Source of the DNA: Nitrospirota bacterium
GTDB lineage: Bacteria > Nitrospirota > UBA9217
DNA length: 64,000 bases
Assembly (NCBI GenBank): GCA_963796285.1
Contig: CAWCKW010000013.1
Span: forward strand, 96,001-160,000
Reading direction: 5' to 3'
Made by a program: the position numbers and the translations under genes
Part shown: one piece after another, positions 41,304 through 53,296 of the stretch
How positions within the stretch are numbered: position 1 is the stretch's first letter
Layout of the letters: every line of letters starts with the position of its first letter
Notes under the pieces: model-generated
Databases searched by the model: none
Told to the model about the DNA's origin: nothing
What the model saw: only the letters and a program-made list of their open reading frames with translations

Positions 41304-42702
41304 TCAAAGCTGTACAAAATAATTCGCCCATGCCCCGTCGATGACCTCTTTGGTCATTACCGGCGGGGTCTCACGGTATCTGGCTATATCGATGATCTGA
41401 TCTATGATGTCCCTCGGGTGGCAGGCATTCAGTTTGACACCTATTTTGTCATAGTGTTCCTTGAGCAGATAGTCAAGGACATCTTTTCTGAGTTCCAGCC
41501 CCTTCTGTTCAGCTACCCGATGGAATATCTGACAATATTCTTCCAAAGGAGGATGGTCTATCTTGATCTTGTACCTGATCCTCCTTAGAAAGGCCTCATC
41601 CACTAATTGCCTAGGCTCTATGTTGGTTGCAAATATAATGATCTCGTCAAATGGTACCTCAAACTTGTTTCCCGTATGAAGGGTGAGGAAATCCGTTCCT
41701 CTCTCTAGGGGCACGATCCAGCGGTTCAGGAGGTCTATGGGCTTCACCATCTGCCGCCCGAAGTCGTCAATGATAAAAATACCCCCATTTGCCTTCATCT
41801 GAAGTGGGGCCTCATAGTATTTGAACACCTCGTCGAAATCCAGGTCCAGGGTCTTTAACGTAAGTTCCCCTCCCACCATGATGATAGGTCGTTTGCACCG
41901 GACCCATCTGGCATCTCCATGGATTTCTTCCATGATAGGTTTGTGATTAACAGGATCAAAGACTTTTATCACCTGACGATCAACGATCACTGCATGGGGC
42001 ATGCAGACCTCGCCAGGTAAAAGGGAGCCAATGGCCTCTGCTATGGCGGTCTTTCCGTTTCCTGAAGGACCGTATAAAAAAATGGATTTGCCTGAGTTCA
42101 CCGCCGGGCCAAGCTGGTCAATGAGGGTCCCGCCGATGACGAGGTGGGAAAATGCCTTTTGTATGGCCCCTTCATTCACAAGTACGCTTTTTACAGACTG
42201 ATACTTCATCTGCTTGGAATAATCAGCAAGGGTGACAGGGGCTGCGCCAATATATTTACACATGTCAAGCGCCTCCTGTGCCCTTTTTCTTCCCAGCTCA
42301 GTTATGGAGAATTGATACGTAGTAGCTTCGTAACCGGTCCCTCCCTTTACTTCACACATCTTATTCTTTCTTAGGGACTGGACCGTCTGGTCCATAATGA
42401 GGATCGGGAGCTTGACCGCCTTGGCCAGGTCTTTCAGTGTAAAACTTCCCATGGAATAAATGTGCTTCAGGGTCAGATCGGATATGAATCCGGATCAAGG
42501 CCTGTTTCCTCCAGGGTTTTAGGTTCACGGGGGATATTTTTAAAAAAAGTAGTGAGCTTTTTCTCCTTTATCAAACCGAGGGCCACAAAGGTCTCACCGA
42601 GTCGTCATCTCCTTTACTTTTTTGCGTGTTCAGTGCCTTTTCAAGCTGCTCCGGAGTAACAAGCCCTTCATCGATCATCCTCTTACCAAGCACATATTCC
42701 AT
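41304..42702 (-). CDS. AAA-type P-loop ATPase with N-terminal MshEN-like domain (two frameshifts in the 5' part)
   Basis: GPSGNGKT, IFIIDDFGRQ, FLRRI. Manual reading from ATG 42702 gives VLGKRMIDEGLVTPEQLEKALNTQ, then RLGETFVALGLIKEKKL and PKTLEETGL. Confidence 0.8.
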
Positions 42703-42797
42703 AAAATAATCCTCCCTTCAATCTAAAGATCTACGTGTCGACCGAGACTTTCGTCCGGAAGGCATGGTCCCTTCGGGGCAGTGCAAGGATCATTATT

Positions 42798-42877
42798 CGT
42801 CATTCCCGAGTGTCCCTATCTGGAATCCAGTTTCTTTACGATAAGTCCCTGGATTCCGGGTCAGGCCCGGAATGACG
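42798..42877. repeat. REP/RPE-like palindrome (GTCATTCC...GGAATCCAG / CTGGATTCC...GGAATGAC)
   Basis: Nested inverted repeats in an intergenic region. Confidence 0.75.
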
Positions 42878-42917
42878 GCTAATAAAACCGTGTCAAGCAT
42901 CGACACTTTTGTCGATG

Positions 42918-43655
42918 TTAAGACAAAAGGTCTAAGACTTTCCTCGTCCCGTGGCAATAGTAGAACCGTATCTTGAGAATGTCCCATAGCATCTGAAGGG
43001 AATCCCTGAATATGCTGACCTTTGAATCGGCGGAATTCACCCAAACAACCGGCGCCTCCCTGATCCTCAAGCCCATTTTTTTTGCCAGATAAAGGGCCTC
43101 CACATCAAAGGCGAACCTCTCTATCCTTTGCCTGGCAAACACCCTCCTCGCTGCATCCCCCTTGAAAAGCTTGAAGCCGCACTGAGTATCACGGATACCG
43201 GGCACGGCAACCACCTGGACAATCTTATTGAAGATCTTTCCCATGAGTTGTCTATACCACGCTTGTTTTTTGAGGATCTGCGATCCTGAGACAGACCTTG
43301 AACCTATGGCGATATCATATCCCTCTTCCAGTTCTTTAAACAATTTCCCGATCTCTTCAATGGGAGTTGAGAGGTCGGCATCCGACATTAATACAAATCT
43401 TCCCCGGGAAGAGAGTATCCCGCGTTTGACCGAATGCCCCTTCCCTTTGTTCATGCCATTCTGAAGAAGGACGGTAGCGGTATGCTTCTTTGCCGTTTCT
43501 CTTACAACCTTTTCAGTATCGTCATGACTGCCGTCATCCACAACGATGATCTCATAGAAAGGTTCGTATTCTTTCAGATATTCATCGATTTTTTCCAATG
43601 TTCTGCCTATACGCAGGGCCTCATTGTATGCAGGTATGACTATCGAAAGGTTCAT
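42918..43655 (-). CDS. GT2 polyprenol-phosphate glycosyltransferase (DPM/DPG-synthase-like)
   Basis: SIVIPAYNE, VDDGSHD, NKGKG, DADLS, DTQCGFKLF, FAFDVE. Confidence 0.92.
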   Translation of the reverse strand: MNLSIVIPAYNEALRIGRTLEKIDEYLKEYEPFYEIIVVDDGSHDDTEKVVRETAKKHTATVLLQNGMNKGKGHSVKRGILSSRGRFVLMSDADLSTPIEEIGKLFKELEEGYDIAIGSRSVSGSQILKKQAWYRQLMGKIFNKIVQVVAVPGIRDTQCGFKLFKGDAARRVFARQRIERFAFDVEALYLAKKMGLRIREAPVVWVNSADSKVSIFRDSLQMLWDILKIRFYYCHGTRKVLDLLS

Positions 43656-43733
43656 GTCCGGAACGTCCCCCTCCGGCCTGAACATCATGCTGTCGTGAAA
43701 GGAAGCCATATATCGCAAACCCCGCTATGAGAA

Positions 43734-45362
43734 TTAGTCCGGTTTCTCTTCATCGTTCGGCACCAGTTTAACATCCCTATACCTGTCTCTCAAACCGGCA
43801 TTCAATGGCCCTTTTCTCACAAAAACATTTGCCACCTTGTCCGCGTACACAAGGCTCCATTGATCAGTTTCCAGAAGGAGGACCGAAAGAGGTGAATTGG
43901 CGCTGATCAACATCCATTCGATATTGAAGCGTTCAAGGACCTCCTTCCATTCCGGCTTCAGGTCCACGACATCGAAATAATTTTTCAGGAATGAGTCATA
44001 CATGTCCGCCCGGCCATCAACAAATACGCCGTCCCTGGGGAAACCTTTGTAGATCAGATATCCTCCAAAGTGATAGGTATTAAACAGTCTCCCCTCTATC
44101 CTGTTTCTCTCGGCAAATTCCACCGCCTCTACAGGTAACTTTTTTTTGTCAAATTCATATTTCATGAAAGGCATGCCCAGGACTTTTCCTCCGGTCAGAG
44201 TAATCGCAGTTACGGAGAGGACAACGATGGTCTTCAGAACATGCCCTTTCAAGGAAGCACTGGTTTTTTGAATCCTGTCTGAAAAGGCGAAGACACTGGA
44301 TATCAACCGGTTGCCGCCCGCTCTCCCTTCTTTCATCAGCCCTTCCAGTCTTATCGCCATAATGGGAATGACAATGATGGCAAAGATCGGGCCATAACGC
44401 ACAGAATGGAGGGAAAGATGGGTCCAGAGGAGGACAAGACCGGCCTCTACAAAACCCGGCCTGAGCAGGGAAAAACTGAGCACAATGATCAGGAAGAGCA
44501 GCAGATATTCGTACGGGAGAAAATTATGAAAATTGGGAGAAAGCCACTCGTCTATCCTCCCTATGTTCAGCTCCTGCCCCATGATACGGAAGGGAAACAG
44601 GATGGCCTTATAGCCATGCGGGTTTACCAGTGCTGCGGCGGTGGCCAGCAATCCGACCTTGCCATAGGTGATGACATTTTTTTTCTGATCTGACCGGCCC
44701 TTTTCATCCTTTGGAAAAGAACTCTGCCAGGCTTCCCAGACAGTAGACCGCGATCAGGAGGAGCCCTGCCATAAAACCACCATGGAGATTGACCCAGAGG
44801 ATGGTCACGAACGGGAGCAGATAGAGATACCGCTTGGCTGTCAACCGGTACTCTTCCAACGCTATATACCAGAGAAGCAGAATGGGCATTGACAGGATAT
44901 GCGGCCTGGCAAGCCAGTGGACAGAGGTCGTAGCCATTGCCGCGATCGTAAGGATGAGCGCTAAGGCCGTATTGACCCCCCGGGAAAGGAGAAAACCGTA
45001 GAAGGTGGAGTGAGTATACGCAATGGCCAGGGCCGCAAGAAGAACGATGCCGTTTAACCCGGCGAACTTATGTATGACTGCGAATATCAGTTCGGTCAGC
45101 CATCCATGGGCCATCCAGGGCATGTTTGCTGCTGTGAATGAAAAGATCCCGGTATCGGGGACGGTACCGGTCTCAAGGATATATCTCCCTATCCCAATGT
45201 GCCAGGCCGTGTCCGCATCACCCAAAAGGTCTTTCCCACCAACAATAAGGAACAGGAACACGACGAGGAACAGTGTATCCTGCAAAGAAGGAAGAAGCCA
45301 ATTGCCCAGGAGGTTGTGTTCTCCGAGGGTATCTTGACGCCGCCTACTTCATTTCTTTCCAT
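43734..45362 (-). CDS. Polytopic membrane protein, GT-C glycosyltransferase-like (frameshifted)
   Basis: DADTAWHIGIG first-loop acidic motif, HGWL, RPH, LWVNLHGGF, NPHG, EW, FVDGRAD; spans ORFs 44704..45285 and 43734..44651. Confidence 0.7.
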
Positions 45363-47850
45363 GTCATTCCTTCAGGAGATTTATATTTTGATATGCTGTC
45401 GCCGTTCTCGATCTTGCCCGTAAACCATTCGTCCTCATCCCAGTATATCCCCTCGGGCATGAGCAGGCGGCCGATGAACGTTCCTTCCTCACCGATCAGC
45501 ACCGGCCCGAACAGCCTTGTCTTTCGTTGTGAGGGAAGGGTAACCGAGAGAATGCACTTTGTCCTCTTCCCGCCGGTCACCGACAGTACGTACGCCCGGC
45601 CTTCGCTTCATAGATGGCAAATATTTTTTCCCGGTACCCTTCATGAGCGGACATCAATGCACTTACCTCTACTGCGGAAACTGCCCCCTGCTCATCATCG
45701 AGACTGTCCCTTGTTTTCCGCGCCACCTCCGCCCTCAGTTCACTGTCCCGATCCTCCCAATAGAGGTGCACCAGGATGTCAGGCGCTTTCTGGTTCGTTA
45801 CCATTACTTTCAGGACACTGCTCCTGGCAGATACTCCCTTCGAATTAACGGCCTCGGCCTGCAAGGAATTTTCCCTTCCTGAAATAAGACAGTCTTCTCA
45901 AAAGATCCATTCTCCACAGCGGCCTCGACAGATTCCCGTTGACGATCAGCCTCACCGTATCAACAGTACTGTCCCCGACCCTCCCCTTAACCGTTATGAC
46001 GGGGGATGCAACCTCTCCTGCTTCGGGCTCTTCCAGGGAAAGTGCAAAGCCGTTCCTGGCAGGCATTGCCTCTACGATGATCTGATCAGTAGCAGAATAC
46101 CGGTTCCTGTCCCAGGCAGTAGCCGAAATAGTATTTTTCCCGTCTATGAACGCGCTTTCCCATTGGAACTTATCATTCTCAACAGGGACAGTAACGGAAT
46201 CACCATTGATGGAGAGAATGACCCTGGTGATCCCATTTCCCTTTACCCGCCCGCCGATTTCCTGGACCTTGCTGCTGACCTTCTTCGTTGCAGGGGTTGT
46301 GATCTTTATCATCGGCCTGCTAACAGGGATGCTTATCCTGATGGGGTCTATGTCGGTCCCGAACCTCTTAAGAAGTGACAGGGAAATGGTCTTTTATTAA
46401 CGATTGCCGCGGCCTTCGTCTCAACAATTTTAGCGGGCGTCTCCGCTGCTTTCTCCCTTGCCCTGTCGGCGGTGATCAATGGCGCCACAGGGGTGATCTT
46501 TGCAGGGAGATCCCTTTCCTTCGCTTTATCGATCCCGTTCTTTTCCTTCTCCTCTTTTTTTAACATCATGCAGATCGGGAATCACCGGCACTGGTTTTGT
46601 GCTTTGCTTGAGTAATGACTGGTCAGATTTCATCTCGCCCGTCTTTACGGACGGAGGGATGTTTTGCGGCACCTCTTTGGGGGCGGGCGATACAACGGGC
46701 TGTTCAGCGGCCTTTGCAGGCGCCTCTTTGACAGGGGCCGCATGCCTTTCTTCAGGCTCACACCGTTTCTGCGGCCACAACCGGAGCGGGAGGCGGGGCC
46801 GCCGGCTTTATCGGTTCTTGAACTTTTTTAACAGGTGCTGCAACGGGCTGTTCAGAGGCCTTTACAGGCACCTCTTTGACAGGGGCTGCGTGACTTTCTT
46901 CAGGCTTAGCCGGCGCGGCCACAACCGGAGCGGGAGCAGGGCCGCCGGCTTAATTGGTTCTTGAACTTCTTGGAGAGCAGGATGGGGAATTTGCTCGGAT
47001 CTAGCTTCCCTTGCAGACTCTTCTTTCCGAAGGTCGCTTGAAGGCTGAACAAGCGGCTTTTCAACCGGCTTAGTAATCTCCGGTTTTGGCTTAAGGTTAT
47101 CCGTTATTGTGATGTCCTGTTTATCCGGTTCAATCACCGGCGGCTGGTAGGAATCAGCGAGTTTCTCCTCAGCAAATGAAGGAAGCACATCCTCGGCTTT
47201 TGGAGCGGCTTCTCTGGCAGTATGTGCACCAGAATGCAAAAAGGACGGGTGCAGGTCAGGACGGGTACAGACACAGGAACAGGTACAGGTACAGGTACAG
47301 GTACTGGTACAGGTACGGGTGCAGGTACGGGTACAGGTACCGGTGCAGGTACCGGTACAGGTACAGGTACAGGTGTAGGTACCGGTACAGGTACGGGTGC
47401 AGGTACCGGGAGGTGACAGGACGGTACAGGTACCGGTGCAGGTATGGGTAAGACTGGTGCGCTATCCACCTTAGGGGCCTTCGATACTTGAACAAGCTTA
47501 TGAACCGGGCTGATAGGTTTGACTATTGTACGGGGAACCTTGCTCTTTAACGATGGCAGGTTATTATTTCTTGCTCTTTCTTCTGCTTCTCTCGGCTTTT
47601 CCCTGCGACACCTTCTTAGCAGCTGCCGGCTGCGATGGCCCCATGTCTTTCCGTTGTCCTTCATCAACGCTATCCTTCAGATTTACCATGAGGATCGTGT
47701 TTTGCTGTTCTGTCAGTCGATCACTGACATTAAAGTGATAAGGGGTCAACAGCAAGAGAACAGCATGCAACACAATTGAGAGCCCGCAGGCAAACACCAG
47801 GTCAGCGGATGAGGTTCGTTTTGTTAATCTATTATTATAATCCGGCTGTA
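45344..47850 (-). CDS. Large TonB/TolA-anchored Pro-rich protein with C-terminal Ig-like domains (multiply frameshifted; start approximate)
   Basis: [15 protein letters not shown], (PV/PA)n tract, Pro/Ala/Glu/Lys linker, IKITTP...[11 protein letters not shown] and ITVKGRV Ig-like strands across consecutive ORFs. Confidence 0.55.
46690..46975. repeat. Imperfect ~147-bp tandem duplication within the Pro-rich gene
   Basis: CAGGCRCCTCTTTGACAGGGGC...GCGGCCACAACCGGAGCGGGAG...GGTTCTTGAACTT occurs twice. Confidence 0.75.
47260..47450. repeat. Hexamer microsatellite (ACAGGT/ACCGGT/GCAGGT)n encoding (PV/PA)n
   Basis: About 30 hexamer units visible directly. Confidence 0.92.
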
Positions 47851-47891
47851 GTAGAACATCGATCAAAATGATAATGAAAATGATTTTAATA

Positions 47892-49751
47892 CTATTTGCC
47901 GATAAAAGAAAGCCAGAATTTTCGCATAGTAACAAATAAGGTCTTTTTAAACGCCTCAAGATGAATTTTATTTGTAGCTAACCATGTATCGTCCGGGACT
48001 TCGCCCGGAAGACATGGCCCCTTGGGGGCAGAAATACCAAGACAGTCAACAGCCTGCACCTTGTTTTCTTTTTTGCCTTTCCAAAACAGCCCCAGCATGG
48101 CGGCAAGGCAGGAAAGAATGGAAATCCATTTTGCGGCCTTTCTCAAGGGTGTATCTCTGAACTCAAGTAAAACGGTATTCTCTCCTGAAGGGAGATTGAG
48201 CAGCATTGCCCCGCTGCCTATTTCAATGTCAATGGGAATTTCCCTCCCGTTGGTGAGCGCAGTCCATCCCGGGTAGTAGAATGTTGATATTCTCAACGTT
48301 GACGCGGTCGGGGCGATCGCCTTGATCAATCTGGATTGGGACATCCAGTCTCACGATTTCAACTGGTTCCACGCCCTTCTCGTATATACAACAGGAGTCT
48401 TTCCCTTTTCTTCGGAGAAAGCTTCTTTTCTCATCAACAAGCCAGATCGGCCGATACTCGATCAAATCCTGCACCTTCACTGAATATCCGTTCCCGGTCG
48501 CTCTGTTGCATCGGCTCTTACTGCTGATAGATAAGCTTGATGAAAGGTAAATGATTGATAATTAATGATGGCATGGAATAGCGCCTGTAGAAACCCTGGT
48601 CGTCCGGTCCGTCTTTATATCGGCTAAAGAAAGACTTGTCAAACGAAATACCAACCAGGGCGGCGGTGGCAAGGGTGGCATATCATCAGCCACCTCCAAG
48701 GGAAGAGAGTGGTTGGCAGCCCTGGAATGTGCAACTCCCAGAGAGGCATGGACAGAGAAGTTGAGATGAAAAGAGAAAAAACAAAAACCGATCACAAAAA
48801 ACAAAAAAAGATATTCGATTCGGGAAATTCGCCAGATCGCTTCTTTTTTTGGAATAGATCAGCATCAGAAGAAAGAATTACTAAAAGGACATGCAGCATA
48901 ACGAGTTCGTTCCAACTGTATATAAAACGGATCTAGGCCGTTGTTCTTTCAAATGCAGAAAATTGCGGGTATATATCCCATGGCCCTTCTTTCAGCCATC
49001 CTATGTGCACGAATTTTCTTTCAAAGAACATCGGCAGGAAATATACGGCCGAGAGCGAAAGGCCGACGAGAGACGCCAGGACGGCTCCTGAGCAATATCC
49101 GGTAGATCTTTTTCATAGTATGGCGAGGAACAGGGCATACGCGGCGATGACAAATGAAAAGATGATAAGCGGAGGCAAGATGGGTGAGCACCAGACCCGC
49201 ATAAGAAAACGCCATGCCTACCCAGAGAGAGGTCCGGTTTTCTGTAGCGCCTTTATACGCAAAATGCAGGATCATGGGAAGCCAGAAGAAGGCAAAGGTC
49301 TCGACCAGCGACTCCCGCAGATATAGGTCAAAGAGATGATACGGTAGGAGCTGATAAGACAATGCCTCCCTACCAAGCTACCTAAACGACCGCAGAAATT
49401 TCGCAGGAGTACATACATACGATATCCCTGATAGAAGGAATCCCGATGAGTGTTACGATTTTCAATGAGATTATCAGAGAGGGAGTGATAAAGTTTACTG
49501 ACACCGGTAAGGATATAAAAAAGAGGTGAATAAAAGATGGTGACAGGACTTCCATATCCCCCGTTGGAAAGAGAAAGCCAGCGCGGATAAAACGCTCCAT
49601 CTTTGATGCCCTCGCTGACCTGGAAGGCATTGTACAGATGGATTGAGAGGTCCCAACTGCCGGTAAAAAATCCGGAATTTATCAGAAGCGGCGTTATTGC
49701 GTAAAGAGCGCAGAGTGCCAGTGAAATAAATCCGACCGCGGTTTTCATCAT
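47892..49751 (-). CDS. PTPS-related/YfhO-like GT-C membrane protein (multiply frameshifted)
   Basis: DLSIH, FYPRW...GGYGSPVTIFYSPL, PYHLFDLYLR, THL, C-terminal FYYPGW...G..LLNLPSGENTV. Confidence 0.7.
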
Positions 49752-49887
49752 ATTAGCACCATCTTCAGGAGTATAAATCTGCTCAGCGAAATCATACTGC
49801 TCAGGAACTCGAGCATCTAACATACAAGCGTAGGGAGCGGCAAACTATCATATTCTTAGAACAGGACCATACGGAAATACAGCTATC

Positions 49888-51423
49888 CTACAGAACAGTC
49901 TGCTTGTTCTGCCACACAGTGAGCGGGCCGTCTTCCTTGACAATAAAAAAAAAGCGCTGCAGTTTTTCTTCATCCATATGGCCGACCTCCCATCCAAGGA
50001 GATATTGAATGGATGGATACAGAGACAAATCTATGCTTGACGGTTCGTAAGCCACTTGATAAGGTGAAGGAAATGACGGGAGGCCCTTCTTAAAGCGTAC
50101 CGGAAAATAATGAAAAGCCGTCTCGTAATTTCCGACATCTACGCACGCTCTCTTTAGACCATAATAGGATGCGGCATGCAGCAATACGTCTATACGAGAC
50201 CATTGAACGACCACCGGTTTGTAGGTCATCACAAAAGCCCCTTTCGGCAGCTGCGCATTTAATCCGCTGAGAAATTTTTTCACCTTGAGATTTTGTTCCC
50301 ATAATATGGCTGCGTTGAATGCAAAACAAACGGTGACAACGCCCGCTATCACGATGGGGGCAAATCGTTTGAATAACACCGTCATCGGGTACCCGCAGAA
50401 GGGGTACTATGATCAAGAGAATCACCCAGGGAAATCGCTGATTAAAGTAGTCGCCGTCCCCGACGCTATGATGGTGCCAATAGGTAGATTGCAATAAGGG
50501 CTGCAGCGAGATAGATGAGCGCTTTTTCCGAAGCCGGGATTGCACCGGATTGCGACCATTTCTTATAGATATCCTTAACCGCTGTATGGCCGAACAAAAT
50601 GATCAGAAACATAAAAAGGGCGGCAGAAAACAATTGCCACGGTGAATAATTTACCGTGGAAAAACTCAGAAAGATCAATGATCAATTCCATAAAACGAGA
50701 TAATGAGAACAGATAAGTAGTCTCGGGGAAGGCGTTTCTTGTTCCCTGGCCCAGGTAAATAAGGAGATTCAATAAAGACGGAAGGATTATTACCGTTAGC
50801 TTTAATAATTCACTGATCTTCCTTTTGTATCCAGCAGCTTCGGCCATGTTGATGGCCACCAGGGACATCAGAAAGAAGATGAACGGGATCAGATGAAAAT
50901 AAAAGAGTGCAAACCCCTCAATATTGAGACAAACAAATTTCAAACATATTGATCTATTGCGAATCTCCCAGTTCAGGGCGAATGCAAGGATAAAGAGGGG
51001 AACGGTTATTGCGTAACTGTAAAACCCCATTAACAAGGTGAAATTAAAGATAACAGGAAAGACAAGATATGCGAGGGGAAATACGGGCCTGTTGAAGGTA
51101 TGCAGTAAAAGCGGGACACTTACCCCCATAAGAACAATATAGCAGGAGATGAATATCTTTTCCGCAATCAATGGAGGGAAGAAGGACAGGAGCGGATAAG
51201 CAATAATATGAAATCCCAGATTCGGTACGGCACTCAATTGCACGGTAAAATATTCACCCCAGTCTTTTCCACCGTTTAACAGGTCCTTAAGAATTGCGAG
51301 ATTATAGATGTGACTGGGGCCATCCTGCGTCGGAACATATGGCAATAAACAGACTACCGCGATGTGTGCAGCAAGGAGAACAAAATAATAATATAAACGG
51401 CTGTCATAAGGCGATCTGGTCAT
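49888..51423 (-). CDS. Polytopic membrane protein, GT-C-like (frameshifted)
   Basis: PTQDGPSHIYN, PNL, MGFYSY, YFH, multiple TMs, NQRFPW, soluble C-terminal domain; spans four ORFs. Confidence 0.65.
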
Positions 51424-51612
51424 TTTTTATCAGGCTGAAGCATGGTCATGTCGTATTTCTCCAGAACCAGAGCACACTGGACGGAATCCATATGAGACAG
51501 GAACCTGCACTAAAGGGAATTCTTGTAATGATGGTCAACAGAAAGAGCACCGAGGGGAAAAACGGGTCATCATCAGGCGCGGCCGTATATCGCATAGTCT
51601 TCACGCCGCATT

Positions 51613-51954
51613 TCAGACTATTGTCACCCTGTCTCCTATCTGGATCTGTGCCCTATCAATAGTCCCTTCGGGCAACTCAAGGACGCCCTGTGCATGCCGG
51701 CACGAGACCACAGGGCGGAAAGGGCGTAGACCCTTGACTGTTTTTTTAACGATAAAATCCCTGTCCAGAAAAACCACGTCGATGGGGAATCTCATAAAAA
51801 AAGTATGGATGGCCTTGCAGCGGGCCATCCACAGGCCTTCATTGTTCTCCAGGCGGCCCCTTCCCATAAGCCCAACAAGCCTCTGGAAAAACTCCGCCGC
51901 CTCTTTCAGGTCGGATACTATGACCGTTTTCTTTGAACCATTGAGCGCCTTCAC
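51613..51954 (-). CDS. DUF192-domain protein
   Basis: RLVGLMGR, IHTFFMRFPIDVVFLD, VLELPEG. Confidence 0.9.
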   Translation of the reverse strand: MKALNGSKKTVIVSDLKEAAEFFQRLVGLMGRGRLENNEGLWMARCKAIHTFFMRFPIDVVFLDRDFIVKKTVKGLRPFRPVVSCRHAQGVLELPEGTIDRAQIQIGDRVTIV

Positions 51955-51957
51955 TAC

Positions 51958-52053
51958 TTATCCCTTCTTGGCAGCCATTCTCAGAACTATAAGAGCGAGT
52001 TGAATATTAGCAGCCACGAGCAATACCAGATTCAGCATTTCAAATGCCGTCAT
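51958..52053 (-). CDS. 31-aa single-TM small protein MTAFEMLNLVLLVAANIQLALIVLRMAAKKG (not in ORF track)
   Basis: SD AAGGAGGTG upstream; TAA stop 3 nt before the DUF192 GTG. Confidence 0.65.
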   Translation of the reverse strand: MTAFEMLNLVLLVAANIQLALIVLRMAAKKG

Positions 52054-52339
52054 ACCCTTCACCTCCTTCCGGTTATTAACAAATTGTCAAAACCCATCAC
52101 AGAGCACACGGAGAATATCTTGATTGTTTGGTTCTTAGTTGTCTTAAATCACGAGAACACTGAGTATCTTATTGAAAATTAAACTTAAGGTGTTCATGTT
52201 TTCCCCAAGCATTCCTCCGTGCTCTCTCTGCCTGCACCTAGCGTTTACGAGTGGAACCGCGAGTGCAGGGTGTGGTTTCATGCAGTGCCCATCTTTTTTT
52301 CATGAAACTTTTAACACTACCGTTGTTAATTCACCTGAG

Positions 52340-53242
52340 CTACTGGGTAAACAACTTGTAAATAGCTATCGCCGCGGGGCCGAGGAGCACGATAAAGACG
52401 GCTGGAAAGATGCACAAGACCAGCGGGAACACCAACTTTATCGTCGTTTTTGCTGCCGCTTCCTCCGCGATCTGCCTCCTTTTCGTGCGCAGGCTCTCGG
52501 CAAAACCCTTCAAAGCTTGAGCAACGCTTGTGCCGAACTTCTCCGACTGGATCAGCATATCGGTCAATGCCTTTATATCATCCAATCCCGTCCTTCTGTG
52601 AAGGTTCCTAAGGGCGTCAATCCTCGGCAGTCCCACCATAATCTCGTTGACTATCTGCCTGATTTCCATGGAAAGGGGCGTCTTCTCAAGGATCTGTTCC
52701 TCGCTCACCTTCCGTAAGGCCGCGTCAAGCCCCAGGCCGGCCTCCACAATGATCGCAAGAAGGTCCAGAACATCCGGCATGTTATGGAATATCTCTTCCT
52801 GCCTCGTTCTTACCTTATAAGAAAGGTAGCCGTCGACCGCGAAGAAACCGATAAAGGCAAGAAGCGCTGTTATGATAACGCCTGTGGTAATGTCAACGAA
52901 TCTGAAACCGGTGAACACAAAGACCGCGGGCAGCGACACGGTCAAGAAGATTTTAAATCCGTAAAACGCTCTCGCGCTCCCTTTGCTTCTGAAGCCGGCC
53001 AGAACAAGGAGGTTACGATAGCGGGACACCCGCTTCTCTTGCGGGGCAGGGAACAGATCGGTCACGTACTTGATACTTTTCTTGAGAAATGGCAGGCTCT
53101 CTTTTTTTGTTCGTCGCTCCCGGGTGACTTTCATCTGCTCCAGACGATCGGCCATAACATTTGTCCTGGAGGGTAGTAGAAGCGCAACGGCCCAAATGAT
53201 CCCCACGATGCTGATAAACAATAATATTAAAGTAAGGAACAT
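52340..53242 (-). CDS. tadC: Tad inner-membrane platform TadC
   Basis: PDVLDLLAIIVEAGLGLDAAL, QSEKFGTS, AEEAAAK, FPLVLCIFP. Confidence 0.93.
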   Translation of the reverse strand: MFLTLILLFISIVGIIWAVALLLPSRTNVMADRLEQMKVTRERRTKKESLPFLKKSIKYVTDLFPAPQEKRVSRYRNLLVLAGFRSKGSARAFYGFKIFLTVSLPAVFVFTGFRFVDITTGVIITALLAFIGFFAVDGYLSYKVRTRQEEIFHNMPDVLDLLAIIVEAGLGLDAALRKVSEEQILEKTPLSMEIRQIVNEIMVGLPRIDALRNLHRRTGLDDIKALTDMLIQSEKFGTSVAQALKGFAESLRTKRRQIAEEAAAKTTIKLVFPLVLCIFPAVFIVLLGPAAIAIYKLFTQ

Positions 53243-53296
53243 GCGGTCTCTCCCTGTTCTGTTCATACCCACCCGCCGGTGGATGGGAAGCACGGG

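Noticed and set aside
47176-47495. (GT)n, (YR)n and (YL)n ORFs; CRISPR-like appearance
   Set aside because: Alternate frames of a hexamer microsatellite; there are no unique spacers or cas genes
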